From: Tubiluchus corallicola | Lineage: Eukaryota > Animalia > Priapulida | Assembly: GCA_030141605.1 (NCBI GenBank) | Contig: JAQGDQ010000348.1 | Location: 186,967-250,966, forward strand | DNA: 64,000 nucleotides | Reading direction: 5' to 3' | Shown here: piece after piece, positions 25,690 through 41,098 of the stretch | Numbering within the stretch: position 1 is the stretch's first letter | Layout of the letters: every line of letters begins with the position of its first letter | Position numbers and translations under genes: made by a program | Notes under the pieces: model-generated | The model's database searches: none | What the model was told of the DNA's origin: nothing | The model's input: only the letters and a program-made list of their open reading frames with translations

Positions 25690-26094
25690 ACATTCTTAGC
25701 GTTCAGAAACATTACCGTCAGCCTACATGTTTTGTAAGACACGTGATGACAAAATATCAAATAATTGCAATAATTTTCGACTAAGCGAGGAAAGAAAATT
25801 CTGTTTCACCACCCGTGCAATAGATTTAAATTTCTGTGAAGCCATGTGAGCAGGAGCCAGTATTAGCTCTAGTTGTACCAATTTTCTCTTAAGAGTGAAA
25901 AAAGTCATTAAATGCTGCAGTGAATCAGTCATTATCGACTGTCTGCGTGAGTGTTCATTTATTAGATAAATCATTTAGATACTTGATTGCAAAAAAGCTC
26001 CTTCTAAGTTCTGTGGAGGTGACAATGATTAAATTGCTTTAGCTGTTATTTTAATAGAAAGTTTTATACAGTCTTCGGCCTCTTTTAAACTCGG

Positions 26095-26405
26095 TGTTGA
26101 TAGTGATGGAAAAGATGATGATGATGATGATGATGGTGACAGCAACAACGACGACGACACTGATGACGATGATGGTGATGATGATGATGATGGTGTGATG
26201 ATAATAGTGACGAAGGTGACGATGACAGTGATGATGACGATAATGACGACGACGACAATTACGGTGATGATGATGATGATGATGACGACGATGATCATAA
26301 AGATTACGACGACGAAAGTTATGGTGATGATGACGATGATGATGACGACGACGACAGCCATTGTGATAATGACGATGATGATGATGATGATGACGATGAC
26401 AACGA
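26095..26405. repeat. (GAT/GAC)n tract
   Basis: Direct inspection. Confidence 0.9.
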
Positions 26406-27198
26406 CGTGTGATTAGCCTATACGTCTCTAATGTTTACCTTTCTCGAGCACGTACAATAAAATGATTGTAATATTCCTACTAACACCCAATAGTAGAGCA
26501 ATAAGGAAGTACTGTACCAGAATATAAGCGTCCATGCGTGAGGTTATTATAACGCTTGGTAAATTTTTGCAGACATATCGCTATTCAGTGAAAAGTGCAA
26601 GCCATTACAACCACGGAGCCGTGTTAAGCTACATTTATGAAAGTCATACAAGCAGAACTATCGTTTTCCTGTTATAAGTAAGACAAAATGCGAATAACTT
26701 TTTCTCTTTTGCAAACGCAGTGCAGTAATGGCTTATGGTATTATGATGGTGTAAACGCTATTAGAAAGTTTGTGTGCAAAAAAGATCGCGCGGTGATACT
26801 ATTTCTTAAGCTCACCTCGTGTAGTTCTGTGAAAAAGTTGTGATTCGGTTATTGTTTCAGCTGGACGCCAACAAACTTTGCCGTTCCTTGCCTGATTCAA
26901 TGTTGTAACGTGTGAATGGTATACAGTGGTATCCTATGTGTGGTCATATGAGTTTTATATCTTGAAAAAGAAGGGGGTCTTCGATTGCTACAGGCTCCGA
27001 ATGCGTTGACATTGAAATCTCCTACTCCTTGTTTTAGGCTTATTAGTTACTACTGAATTAAGAGATTTAGTTCTAGTATTGCACACGCGTGGCGCTGTCC
27101 AGTAAACAACATTTTATTTACACTGTAAATGTCACTTTGTTTCCAGTTTCTAATTCTTACATTGAATTCATTTATTTAACACTAGTCTCAGTTAAATC

Positions 27199-27641
27199 CT
27201 GGTAAAGAAGTCACAGGAAAAATGTCACAGGAAAAGGTCTCAGATAAAAAGAAATAACCTCACCCTACCTCTAATCCTAACTCTAACCCTAACCATAACT
27301 ATAACCCCAACCCTACTCCTATCTCTAAGATATTGAATAAAACGTGGTTTTTCACATATATGTAATGCTATCATATATAAATGTCAATATGTACAAGTCA
27401 TGTAATGCTATTATGATAACTGATTTGAAATATTTTCTGTTTTATTACTTTAATTGTTTATGGTACGTAAATAAAATGTGACCGACTTGAATATTTTGGT
27501 TTGATTACCTCACTTTCTTTCGCTGCCAAAATTGCAACTTTTTTCTCTCCACTGTAAATTAATTGTGACTTCTTGTTTTTTTTCCTATCTACAAAATTGT
27601 GACATTTTTCAGTAACTTTTCTCTTGTGACATTATTACCAG
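27199..27641. mobile_element. Unclassified foldback-type element with internal telomere-like repeats
   Basis: CTGGTAA...TTACCAG ends, subterminal GTCACAGGAAAA/TTGTGAC repeats and an internal (TAACCC)-like tract; a similar end occurs at about 43003. Confidence 0.5.
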
Positions 27642-28061
27642 TCATAGCTAGTCACGTGACGAGGTAGATTTAACAAGCTAAGTTCGTACATCTCTCTTTG
27701 CTTACTGTAACTATTGACTATAAAATATCGTTAACATAGTTGATTTGAATCATTTTCTTCACATTTTTCTACTTATAACTCTACTGTCAGAGGTTAAATA
27801 ATGTTGCATTTGCCTCATTTCTCTTCTCTGGTATCTCTTCGTGAACTTCGATTTTCTCTGGTTTAATTCATTGCGCTGTCTGCGCTGTTCTGATAGTAGA
27901 GAGACTTGGCTTAATGAAGAGGATTTTTGTTGCAAAAGATGCAATCCTGTGTTTGTCGTTTGATTTCCCACTAATCCGGTTTTAGAGTATTACCATCCAG
28001 TCAGTATAGTGGACTTACGAGGCGTATCTAAGCAACAAGTTTTCTGGTCACCTGGCTTGCT

Positions 28062-28312
28062 GGGAGAGAGAGAAACGAGGGAAGAGAGAGGGAGAGAGAG
28101 AAAGAGAACGAAGAAAAGAGGGAGGGAGAGAGAAAGAACGAGGAAAAGAGGGAGGGAGGGAGGGAGAAAGAGAACGAGGAAAAGAGGGAGGGAGAGAGAG
28201 GGAGAGAGAGAGAGAGAGAAACGAGGGAAGAGAGAGAGACAAAGAGAAAGAGAGAGGGAGAGAGAGAAAGAGAACGAGAGACGAAGACAGAGAGATGAAA
28301 TAGAGGGAATAA
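28062..28312. repeat. GA-rich polypurine tract
   Basis: Direct inspection. Confidence 0.9.
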
Positions 28313-28812
28313 ATGAGGTTTAAACATGGCTTTTTTCAGCAAATAGAGGAAAATAGCAAAAAAAGGGTAATATTTTCCCGAGTGTACGAAATCGTCATAA
28401 ATCCTTTGTTCGCAAACATGTAGTTCTAATACAGCTGTAAGTAATACAGTAGCAGTAATAATCTATAGGCACATAAGCTTATATATAGAGGTTGGTAGTG
28501 TTTCTTTCACAAGTACGCTTTTGTCTGCTTGGACAACAATTAAAACGTGTAAAATAACCGCTCAATATTTTCATGAATGCCTCAGAATTTTCTCAAATCA
28601 ATACAAACTTTCAACGTGTGAATTACTATTATTTAACATGTTATTATATAAGCAACCGCAGCTGTGAAGTGTGATACGTATAACCACTGTACCCAGGTAT
28701 AGGCGGAGAAACATTTAAATTAGCTGTATAGATTTGTGTGCATTATGCACGTGTGCCCAAGAGTTCGGAGTTTTTGTGTGCAACATCGGTTTCAAATTAA
28801 TATTTCAGTTAA

Positions 28813-29247
28813 AGGAAGACAGAATGATTTTTCGTAAAAATACCCTATTTTCAAGTATGGTAAAAATGTATACGTTTTAACGCCAGTAATACTGCAAAAG
28901 CGTTTCTGTTAATTAAGTAATAGATTAAAATCTTAATTAACGGCGGGCGAGCCCAACTATTAATGACATCACAAACTAACATAATTTTCAACATCAAAAT
29001 TATTCCATGAGCGTGCTGCATGTGTTTGCGAAACAGAAAATTGAAGTACAGTGCTACTGTAAGATATTCAGTGTGTTGTACTAAAACTAGTGCTCGTCTA
29101 AATAGCGAATGGCGAAATACATGTAACACCGAAAAACTAGTGGCACGAACGTGAAATTGTGTTTGTTTGATAATAATTCCTTCTTTAAAAAACAGCATGT
29201 TTCCTTTCAATATTTTAAATAGTAGATTGTTTTGACCTACAGTTTCA
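28813..29247 (+). mobile_element. Family A MITE, internally deleted
   Basis: Starts ttaa AGGAAGACAGAATG; the central segment is missing. Confidence 0.7.
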
Positions 29248-29257
29248 GAGTGGTAAA

Positions 29258-29754
29258 CCAAAGCCTGGCGCCGCATCACTTCAGTAACTTCAGCTATTTT
29301 ACGTGGACTTTACTTAACTATGCATTAGTCTGTGCATAGAGTGATTTACTAGCAGGATCTTGGGAACAAGTAGAAATGAACTAGGTAAGGTTCTAGCTAG
29401 CTGTTAAAACTATTACTTTTACAATAGCGTGGGCTGCGAGTCGTTGTTAAGTGTACACAAATGCATTGTCAAGTCTGCACAAATGCATTGTCAAGTCTGC
29501 ACAAATGCGTTGTCAAGTCTGCACAAATGCGTTGTCAAGTCTGCACAAATGCGTTGTCAAGTCTGCACAAATGCGTTGTCAAGTCTGCACAAATGCGTTG
29601 TCAAGTCTACACAAATGCATTGTCAAGTCTACAGAAATGCGTTGTCAAGTCTGCACAAATGCATTGTCAAGTCTAAAGAAATGCGTTGTCTGGTACACTT
29701 AGCCTTTGATCTTTTCACGATCATCATCAATCGCTGGAACGGCAAAGGCTTATT
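29258..29754 (-). mobile_element. Family B copy carrying an internal 22-bp tandem expansion
   Basis: Family B sequence flanks the array on both sides; ends AAAGGCTTATT. Confidence 0.75.
29441..29690. repeat. 22-bp minisatellite (CAAATGCGTTGTCAAGTCTGCA), about 11 copies, inside a family B MITE
   Basis: The unit equals a single-copy segment of other family B elements. Confidence 0.92.
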
Positions 29755-30604
29755 CCAATTCGTAACTGTTATTTCAAATATCCAATATCAAATATTTCAA
29801 AACTCTCCAATATTCAGTTTGTTTTGCAAAGCCACCATTGTTCAATGTGACGTCACGCCTAATGTTGGAAAACGAATCTGAGGTGGCTGATGCTTTCTTG
29901 AACTAATCTAGAAGAATTGCTCTGGGGTCTGGTACCATGAGGTTTTCTTCCAGCAGCATTCTTACACATTCTTTTGTAAATTCTGAGCTTAATATAATAA
30001 ACTGAATTAATTTTCTAAAGCGACATCGAATCTCGTTACTACGTTTCGCGACAGACGGCGCTTTTGCGCACTAGGAGACAGTGGTTACAATTACACAGTG
30101 GGATTACCTCATTTTCCAATCCATATTTAATTTCACGCTTCTTTAACTAGAGAATTGTGCCACCCAAAGAGACCCACTTGCAATTTCCAGGCAGGCATAC
30201 ATGCTCAGAAAAGATGACAGGGATTATTGTATTTTCTCAGCCGCTCGTGCACAGAGAACTCCTGTTCCTTCAACTCATGTCTGGTGTCTGTCTGATAGCA
30301 ATTCCAGTTTTGAAAACAGTTTAGGCTTTGTAATTGCATTTTGAAGAATTGATAAGCAAACAAGAGATCGGTTGGTTGTGTCAGTATAAGCGGTTAAGAC
30401 AGCCATGCTTATTCCATTAGTTTTGTTTGCATTAAAAATATATTTGAAACGCGTCCAATCAAATTTATCGGAATTAAATATTTGCGCTGCGTGCAGACGT
30501 GCTGGTTTACAAGTGCTGGGTGTTTATTGGTTTCTAAGAATGAGCTTATTATAACTTTTAAATTGCTGGCATTATTATCGTTGTCGTCGCCGTCACCGCT
30601 TTTA

Positions 30605-31127
30605 AGTTAGACTCAATCTCATTTTAATTTACTATCCAAAACATACGTTTTCTTGGCTATAGAAGTTAGTAGTTGTTTCTAATGTTTGAATAATTGCTTT
30701 GAAAAGTTAATTAACGGCAACCGAACACACACAAGTATCGCTTACGTCACAAACTAACCACAGTTTGTGCAATGGTAGGCCTTTTCCCTGCACCTCAACG
30801 TTGGCTTATATTGCTATAACACGTTCATGGGATGTCACGAAAATGAGTCCTGGGCAACACTGACGTCACACATGAACACTTCAGTTCATGATCGTGCTTA
30901 TCACGGTACCGCCCCATTTGTCTTCCACGCGAATGTGACAAAAAGGCGCCATTGTCTTAGCGGATTCCCTGAGCTGCGTGTAGTTTTGAAAATTTAACAG
31001 AATTTAACTATCCGAGGTAATTATTATTTAATCTAAGGTTTGACTTTAAAAAAACTATTGTAGTTTTCAACATTTTAGAGTACACTTTATTTTGAATTAA
31101 TGTCTACACAATCAATCCGGTTTTCCT
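30605..31127 (-). mobile_element. Family F MITE
   Basis: Reverse-complement match to 10581-11075. Confidence 0.62.
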
Positions 31128-31351
31128 TTATAAGTAGTTTCACGTTCGGCTTCATTACAGGTTTGTGTACTCATAACTTGAACTGCGAAGTAGTGTTACA
31201 TTCAGTCACTGCTGCTCACAAAGGGAGTTTGACAGCGTCACCAATATTTGTCAGCGCTAACGTACCAGATCGCTTATAAAAACCGAACCATTAATTTGTT
31301 TTAAAAACTGCGACGAATGGGTTTCAAATTTTGGCAAGTCATGCGTTTTAA

Positions 31352-31652
31352 AGCAAAATCGGACCTAATCTTAAATTGCAGGTCAAAACAATCTACTCTT
31401 CAAAATACTGAAAGCAAACACTATTTTTTTAAAATTGACTTGCGTCTATCTCACAGAAGCACTGTACTTCAATTTTCGCTGTCGCAAACACGTGTTCAAA
31501 ATTATTTTAGTTTGTGATGTCATCAATAGTTGGGCTCGCAGTCAGTATTAATAATCAGTAATCAGCTGTAATCAGTATTAATTGTGTTAAAATGTAAACT
31601 TTTTATCGTACTTGAGAATGGGACAGTGTATGAAAAATCATCCTGTCTTCCT
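31352..31652 (-). mobile_element. Family A MITE, internally deleted
   Basis: Both termini are present but the copy is only about 300 bp. Confidence 0.7.
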
Positions 31653-32545
31653 TTCAGCAATTAAAATTCGGTTGCTTTACAAAAGCATGTACCTATTATC
31701 TACAGTACAGCACGTATGAAATTCTTGATTAACTACAACTTTTCAGAAGATGAAGACTTTAAATTTGCTGTAAACATTTCGTATCGTCCAAGAAATCTTC
31801 GTTTTTTGTTCAGCTCCATTACAAGTTTGTGTACTCATAACCTGCATTACAGCGCTTATTGGAATTATGATATTGATCCACAAAAACAAACCTTGGGTTA
31901 TAGACTGCACGTGGATGGTGCTCTGATCCAGAATGTTAAAAATTTAGACTAACTGGAGCTGCTGAGTGAATTCTTGTAAATTATTTTTATTGTTAGTGTG
32001 TTTATCTTGGTTTCTAATAGAATTTTACATTATCCGTGCGGCTCCATGTCATTGAAGGTTTTTTCTTGTTTCTTCTTAGATGAGTGCCCTCGTTCTCGTT
32101 CCGCCATTAGTATTTTGCCCGTTTTTGTCGCTGCAGGACTAGGGCTAATGAGGACTTCTACAGGACAGTATTATTGCCCAAATTTAGTGTCTGCGTAGTT
32201 CCCACGTACATGTTGCGAGAGAACCGATAGGGATAATGGTGCTTTTGTGCTGCGTTTACTACCTTTTTGCGGTAAATCTCCAGATATTTTCGTTTTTAAC
32301 GGTCTATCGTATTTGGCAGATGTTAGTAGACAAGTAGTCTGTGAGAAGAAATGAATTCTACTGTATCGTCGTCTATTTGTATTCTGTCAAAACTTTGATA
32401 AGTTTTTTATGTAAAACTTATCAGAGTTTATTTTAAACTACTCATTGAATTATTGAGTAGTTACAGGACCTTTACCGAAATTCATGTGACCACAATGTAC
32501 CATTGCTAATCCACTAAAAGGCGTGGTAAAGTGTGTGATACTGAT

Positions 32546-32922
32546 AATAAGCCTTTTCACAGTTGCAGCGATTGATGATGATCGTGGAAAGGTCAAAGGT
32601 TAAGTGTACCAGACAACGCACTTGACAACGCCTCGCAGCCCATGCTATTGTATTAGTAACAGTTTTAACAGCTACCTAGATCCTTACCTAGTTCATATTT
32701 TCTTGTTCTCAAACAAGATCCTGCTATAGGAAATCACTCTACGCACAAACTAATGCATAATCGAGTAACGTCCACGTAAACAACTGAAGTTACTGAACTG
32801 ATACGGCAAACGGCTTTGTTTTACCCACAAGTCACATGAGTAACGACGCGTTGCTGTGGTACACTTAACCTTTGACCTACAGCGACTGCGCGTGTGCACA
32901 ACGAAACTGTAAAAAATCTTAT
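32546..32922 (+). mobile_element. Family B MITE
   Basis: TIR and interior match family B. Confidence 0.75.
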
Positions 32923-33998
32923 CGTCTTTCTGTGATTATTGACAATTTTGACTTTCTAAGCGTACAGGAAGGTGTTAGCCAATCAAGCCCACAATTTTTG
33001 CGTTTAACTCCACTTAAGATAAAATTACGCGAAAGCATTATATTGTATAGCATTAGCATTAAGCATGTAAGACGCTTTAGCATGTTAAGCATCTTTCTCT
33101 CACTTGTTGGTTTAATAGGCTAACTTTAAAATGTTCAATGCACACGAAAATCCTTTAGTTACATAAACCTAAAAAAGCCGTTTGATTTGATATCACTTAC
33201 GTATTGCCTTATTGTATACAAAGTTTGTATTAGCAGTAATGCCGTATAAAGTTTCAAAATTTTAACCCTGTGTGATGAAAACAAGTTTAGATAACATTGT
33301 GCAGAGTTTGAATAATAATCAGTGTATTCGTTTCTGTAATCTAGCAAAAGTATAAATTACTGTATCCTGTCAGTAAGATCAAAAGTACGTTTTTGGTGAG
33401 TCGGTGATGCACCCTGGGAAGGTGAGTCAGTGACATTTTACCTTTTGACACGAACATTTTAAATTATTAATAATTTTCTTTTCTAGCTACATAAGTCTTT
33501 CAAGCAAGTAAGTGTAATGCTAAGTTATAAAACTTTGTGTGGAAAATTCTTTAAAATAGCATTTTCTTTCCCTTTAAATAATCCGACTTAATTAAAGTTA
33601 TTCTGTATATCGCAAAAATTCTATATATATCACAAAATATATCACAAGTTATCTTCAAAATTCCTCATCAAACTTTATCATTTCAGACGAATCATAAAAG
33701 CTAATTGAGTGGTAAAGAGTTAACGCAGCACAACAACCTTGCCGTCATAACATCCCTGAATTGTTATTATTACATCAGTACACGTCGTTTATAAAGGTAG
33801 TGGAGTAAGACGAATGTCAGACGCTTGTGTGATATTAAGTGAAAGTGGCAGACGATGTATAAATGGCAAACAGATTTCTTTCATCAATAATGCAGCTAGA
33901 GTGGAGTACGCAGACGACACGGTTGTTATAGCGCCCCAGTTTTGCAACGGAAGAGAAGACGTTGGGTAGTGAAGACATGTCACATTCGAATGTAATGG

Positions 33999-34369
33999 AA
34001 TAAGCTTTTTCACAGTTTCGTTGTGCGCATGCGCACTTACTGTAGGTCAAAAGTTGTACCGCAGGAAGGCGTCTTAGCTATAACCGTCACATATGCGGGT
34101 AAAACAAAGCGTCTGCCGTATCATTTCAGCAACTTCAGTTGTTTTACGTGGACTTTACTTAATTGTACATTAGTTTATGCATAGAGTGATTTACTAGCAG
34201 GATCTTGCTTGGGAACTAGGTACGGTTCTAGCTAGCTGTTAAAACTGTTACTATTATAACAGCATGGGCTGCGAGGCGTTGTTAAGTGTACACAAATGCG
34301 TTGTCTGGCACGCTTAACCTTGACCTTACACGATCATCATCAATCGTTGGAGCTATGAAAAGGCTTATT
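33999..34369 (-). mobile_element. Family B MITE
   Basis: AATAAGCTTTTTCACAG...ATGAAAAGGCTTATT. Confidence 0.75.
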
Positions 34370-34462
34370 AAGGATTCCAAACAACGTTTATTGTGTCGGT
34401 TTTGATGATTTAAATACATAAATAATCCAATATGGACGTTGGTGGGTTAAACACAATAAAAC

Positions 34463-34655
34463 GCCCGTGGAATATTTTCGATGTTAAAAATTATGTTAGT
34501 TTGTGATGTCATCAATAGTTAGGCACGCCCGTTGTTAATTAAGTTTTTAATTTATTATGTAATTATCAGAAACGCTTTTGCAGTATTAATTGAATTAAAA
34601 TGTATACTTTTTATCGGATTTGAAAACAGCGTATGAAAAATCATCCAGTCTTCCT
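34463..34655 (-). mobile_element. Family A terminal fragment sharing TTAA with a family G element
   Basis: Junction reads ...TCCAGTCTTCCT ttaa AGGGCAAGG... Confidence 0.7.
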
Positions 34656-34659
34656 TTAA

Positions 34660-35334
34660 AGGGCAAGGCAAGGGGTACCTGAAGTAGGTTTCAGACAAAT
34701 CGCCTTAAGAAATTATACTACTTTATAGGAATTTTATGCCTGCATCGCACGTTGAAAGGCATTTTTGTTTGTTTTCTTTTTAAATTTCCCGCGACACTAT
34801 TCCGACCGCGCCATTACATGACATCATATATGCACAACGTAAATCAGGGGAAGAAAAGGGAATGTTAAACTATGTCCCACAAAACTTTCTATGCAAATCT
34901 CTATTACTTAGCATTCCGCTTACCTGCTGGAAAGACTTATGTAAGTAAAAGAGAAAAATTATTCATTGTTTAAAATGTTTTCACCAATTGGTAAAATATC
35001 GCTGACTCACCCTCCAGGGTGCACCACTCACTAACCAAAAAACGTATTTTTAATCTTATTGACAAGATACAGTAATTTTAAATTTTACTTAGTTAGTAAC
35101 ATGTGCGCTACGAATGCTCTGATTATTTTTTCAAACTTTAGAGAATGTTATCTGAATTTGTTTCAAATCGTCAAAATGGCTGCGCCTAACGGTCATCGCG
35201 GGAGTCTAAATTCACAGTTTTTATACAGCGTTATTACCGACGCAAGTCCTCAAGGCAAAAATGCCGTACGTAAGTGGTATAAAATTTCAAGATGAATTTT
35301 TTAGCTTTGCGTAAGTGGAGGGTTTTCTTGTGCT
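34660..35334 (+). mobile_element. Family G Kolobok-like MITE (about 680 bp)
   Basis: ttaa AGGGCAAGG...TTTTCTTGTGCT ttaa; reverse copies at 39361 and 55899. Confidence 0.75.
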
Positions 35335-35376
35335 TTAATTATTGTCTCGGCAGTAGCTGTCTCGTGTCATCACGTA

Positions 35377-36807
<1,431 letters not shown>

Positions 36808-37301
36808 TTTTATAAATACAAAATGAGGTGTTAACTGTGTGCTATGTTATTAACCGTCTTCACTTGAAAACACAATGGTGAGCAGAACAGGCATTATATG
36901 GAGAACAATTCATCTTTTGACGACTAAATATTTTCTGAATTGTTATTGCAGTGAGCAGGTCATATGAATGAAACGTAGTCGTTATCTTATTAAAACAACC
37001 CGTCCGCAAAAAGACGCTTTAAATCTTGTTTGTGTTGCGAGAAACTCAACGAATATGAAAAATTGAGGATTTGGTATTTCCATTAGTGAAATCCACAAAC
37101 TGCCAAGCGTGCACGTTGCTGGGCTTTGTGCTGTTGTCAAATTTATTGTAGTTTGTGCGCTAATGAATCTGGGAGAGAATGCGAGGGTTTCTGGACATAT
37201 TTAAATAGTTCTGTTGCTCAATCGATCAGTCCGGGGTAAAATCCCTGCAGATTATCGGAATACTGATTGTCTGTCCAAAAGAGGATCTAGCTTGCTGAGC
37301 G

Positions 37302-37376
37302 ATGGGCATCTCCTTTCGTTACAAGAGGGCTCGCGGATCAATCACACTTTTGTATGGACCTGAGAGGAATGTAACA
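37302..37376 (+). CDS. Alternative candidate first coding exon (MGISFRYKRARGSITLLYGPERNVT)
   Basis: ATG with an upstream in-frame stop, 25 codons, then a gtaagt donor in phase 0, compatible with the 44430 exon. No homology support. Confidence 0.3.
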
Positions 37377-37604
37377 GTAAGTTGTTAAATGTTTACTTTA
37401 AAACTTTGTGCAAGGCACGTTTGTTCTAGGGCATTTCTCATAGATCTGGTCTTGTATTTTTACCTGTAGCAAAGGTTGTTAGGATAATGAAAACCTGTAT
37501 TGATTTTAATTACTGAGCAACATCAACCGACATTAATTATTGTTTAATATCGTGCATGAAATTTCTAATAAATTCATTTTGTTTTCACTTCTGTTTCATC
37601 ACCC

Positions 37605-38260
<656 letters not shown>

Positions 38261-39360
38261 TCTACTTCTGCCTACAGTTTTTGCTTTAGTAAATAAATTG
38301 CAGCAGGTTCATAATCAGTCCATCTGCAAGTCACTGCAATAGTCAAACTCACAAAGGGACAAAAAACTAGTTAATGACTTTTCTAAATGAGACCTATGCT
38401 GGCAGAGTTGTCCACTCCCTGTGTCCAGTGTCACCCACTGGAAGGGGTCCACTCTCAGTGTCCAGTGTCTTACCCACTTGGATGCATGTGACTTTTCCAT
38501 TGAAGAGAGAAGGAGCATTACGACAAAAGAAACCATCCAGGAGTTTTTTACCTGCTACCCTCCATTTATTAACTAGGTTTACACCTGCTTAACTTTTTTT
38601 GCGTATTCATTGCAGCCACACGCACGCCGTGACCATTCAGCTGTTCATCCACATGCTGCTTATATGAGCATATGGGCCAGTGACAGCTCGTAGCTAAAAT
38701 GCGCACAACAGCCAAACACCACGTTGCTGGAACTGTGAGCGCACTGTACTGGGCTGTGAAGCAAACAGTACTACCCTCATGTGCTCTGGTTCTGTACAAG
38801 TATAAAGAAAGAACTAAGTAAAAAAGACTTGTTATTTTGAACATTAATGGTAATATCGAGTGAAAATGCGTGGGGCTGCAGTTCCACACTACCTATACAC
38901 GAGCTGCCACTGAGATTCAAGGGGCAACACGCGAGTGCGTCGTTATTTAAACAAAATGCATTTTGAAATTTCCCGTTCCAGCCCATGTCAAATGGCTTGA
39001 CAGTGAAGTGAATTAAAATGTAGTCGACGCGATTGAACTGCATGGAACTTGTCATCAAAGTCAACCCTCCCTTCCTCCGCTTTACATTTCTCCGTTTGCA
39101 TTCGTTTTACTGAAATGGATGGAAATTGGACAGCGCATTTCAGTCACGTATTTGAACCCGTTATTAAACGTGTTAGGCAATCGGAAATTTGATCTAGATG
39201 TATTGATGAAAAACGTTGAATTGGCAAGAACAAACTTTGCACGCGTTTTGCATCGTCTTGAACCCATACGCGTGGGCTTCTTTCGTGCTGCTGCTAAACG
39301 AATTGTAGCCTCAAATGTTTAATACAGAGGTTGCTAAAGCTCGTCTTGTACTAAATTTGA

Positions 39361-40042
39361 AGCATAAGGAAACCATCCACTTGCATAAAGCTCTAAAATT
39401 CGTCTTGAAATTTTATACCACTTTACGTACAGCCTTTTTGCATGCAGGGCTTACTCCGGCAGTAACGCTGTATAAAACGTGTGAATTTTAACTCCCGCGA
39501 TGACCGTTAGGTGCAGCCATTTTGACGATAAGTCATTTGAAACAAGTTTAGACAACATTGAGTAAAGTTTGAAAAAATAATCAGAGCATTCGTAGCACAC
39601 ACCTCACTAACTAAGTAACATTTTAAGGTACTATATGTTGTCAGTAAGATTAAAATACGTTTTTTGGTTAGTGAGTGGTGCACCCTGGAGGTGAGTCAGC
39701 GATATTTTACCAATTGGTGAAAACATTTTAGATAATTAATAATTTTCTTTACCAGTTACGTAAGTTTTTCCAGCAGGTAAGCGAAACGCTAAGTAATATA
39801 ACTTTCAATGGAAAGTTTTTTGGGACGTAGTTTAAAGTTTCCCTTTCTTCTCTGATTTACGTTGTGCGTATGTGACGTCTTGTAATGGCGCCGTCGGAAC
39901 AGTATTGCGAGAGTTTTAAAATGAAAACAAACAAAAAATCCTTTCAACGCGAGTACGATATATGCATAAAATTGCATAAGGTATTTTAATTTTTCAAGAC
40001 GATTTTTCTGAAACCTACTTCAGGTACCCTTTTTCTTGTCCT
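39361..40042 (-). mobile_element. Family G MITE
   Basis: Reverse-complement match to 34660-35334; ends TTTTCTTGTCCT ttaa. Confidence 0.75.
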
Positions 40043-40171
40043 TTAACTAGAACAAAAAATTGTTGGAGTTTTGTCAGAAGTAGAAAGATCTGGATGATTA
40101 CTAACTTTCAGAGTTTATAAATATGGCGTTAATTGTCTAACAAATATCCAGTTTCAACTAATTACTATTTC

Positions 40172-41098
40172 TACCAGGAACAGTCACTCGCGTGTCAGGT
40201 AGAGAAACGAAACGGTCCTTCCACACTTCGTTATCAGAATACCAGGATCAGTCACTCGCGTGTCAGGTAGAGAAACGAAACGGTCCTTCCACACTTCGTT
40301 ATCAGAATACCAGGAACAGTCACTCGCGTGTCAGGTAGAGAAATGTAACGGTCCATCCACACTTCGGTATCACAATACCAGGAACAGTCACTCGCGTGTC
40401 AGGTAGAGAAACGTAGCGGTCCATCCACACTTCGGTATCACAATACCAGGATCAGTCACTCGCGTGTCAGGTAGAGAAACGTAAAGCTCCATCCACACTT
40501 CGATATCAAAATACCAGGAACAGTCACTCGCATGTCAGGTAGAGAAACGTAACGGTCCATCCACACTTCGATATCAAAATACCAGGAATAGTCACTCGCG
40601 TGTCAGGTAGAGAAACGTAACGCTCCATCCACACTTCGATATCACAATACCAGGAACAGTCACTCGCATGTCAGGTAGAGAAACGTAACGCTCCATCCAT
40701 CAGAATACCAGGAACAGTCACTCGCGTGTCAGGTAGAGAAACTTAACGCTCCATCCACACTTCGATATCAAAATACCAGGATCAGCCAATCGCGTGTCAG
40801 GTAGAGAAACGTAAAGCTCCATCCATACTTCGATATCAAAATACCAGGATCAGCCAATCGCGTGTCAGGTAGAGAAACGTAAAGCTCCATCCACACTTTG
40901 ATATCAAAATACCAGGAACAGCCAATCGCGTGTCAGGTAGAGAAACGTAAAGCTCCATCCACACTTCGATATCAAAATACCAGGAACAGCCAATCGCATG
41001 TCAGGTAGAGAAACGTAACGGTCCATCCACATTTCGATATCAGAATACCAGGAACAGTCACTCGCATGTTAGGTAGAGAAACGTAACGGTCCATCCAC
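40172..41098. repeat. 68-bp minisatellite, about 14 copies
   Basis: Unit TACCAGGAACAGTCACTCGCGTGTCAGGTAGAGAAACGTAACGGTCCATCCACACTTCGATATCAGAA; one unit has a 10-bp deletion. Confidence 0.95.

Noticed and set aside
28851-29279. Recurrent ORFs with CDVINSWARPPLIK-like peptides (also 24886, 45316, 48489, 55396, 56503)
   Set aside because: These are chance translations of family A MITE copies; frames and stops are not conserved and there is no transposase motif.
29429-29881. Cys-rich repetitive 150-aa ORF
   Set aside because: It arises from a 22-bp tandem repeat inside a MITE and is open in all three frames.
40172-41098. CRISPR-like 68-bp periodicity
   Set aside because: The whole unit is repeated and there is no variable spacer; this is an ordinary minisatellite. 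The same applies to 25272-25689 and 62787-63825.
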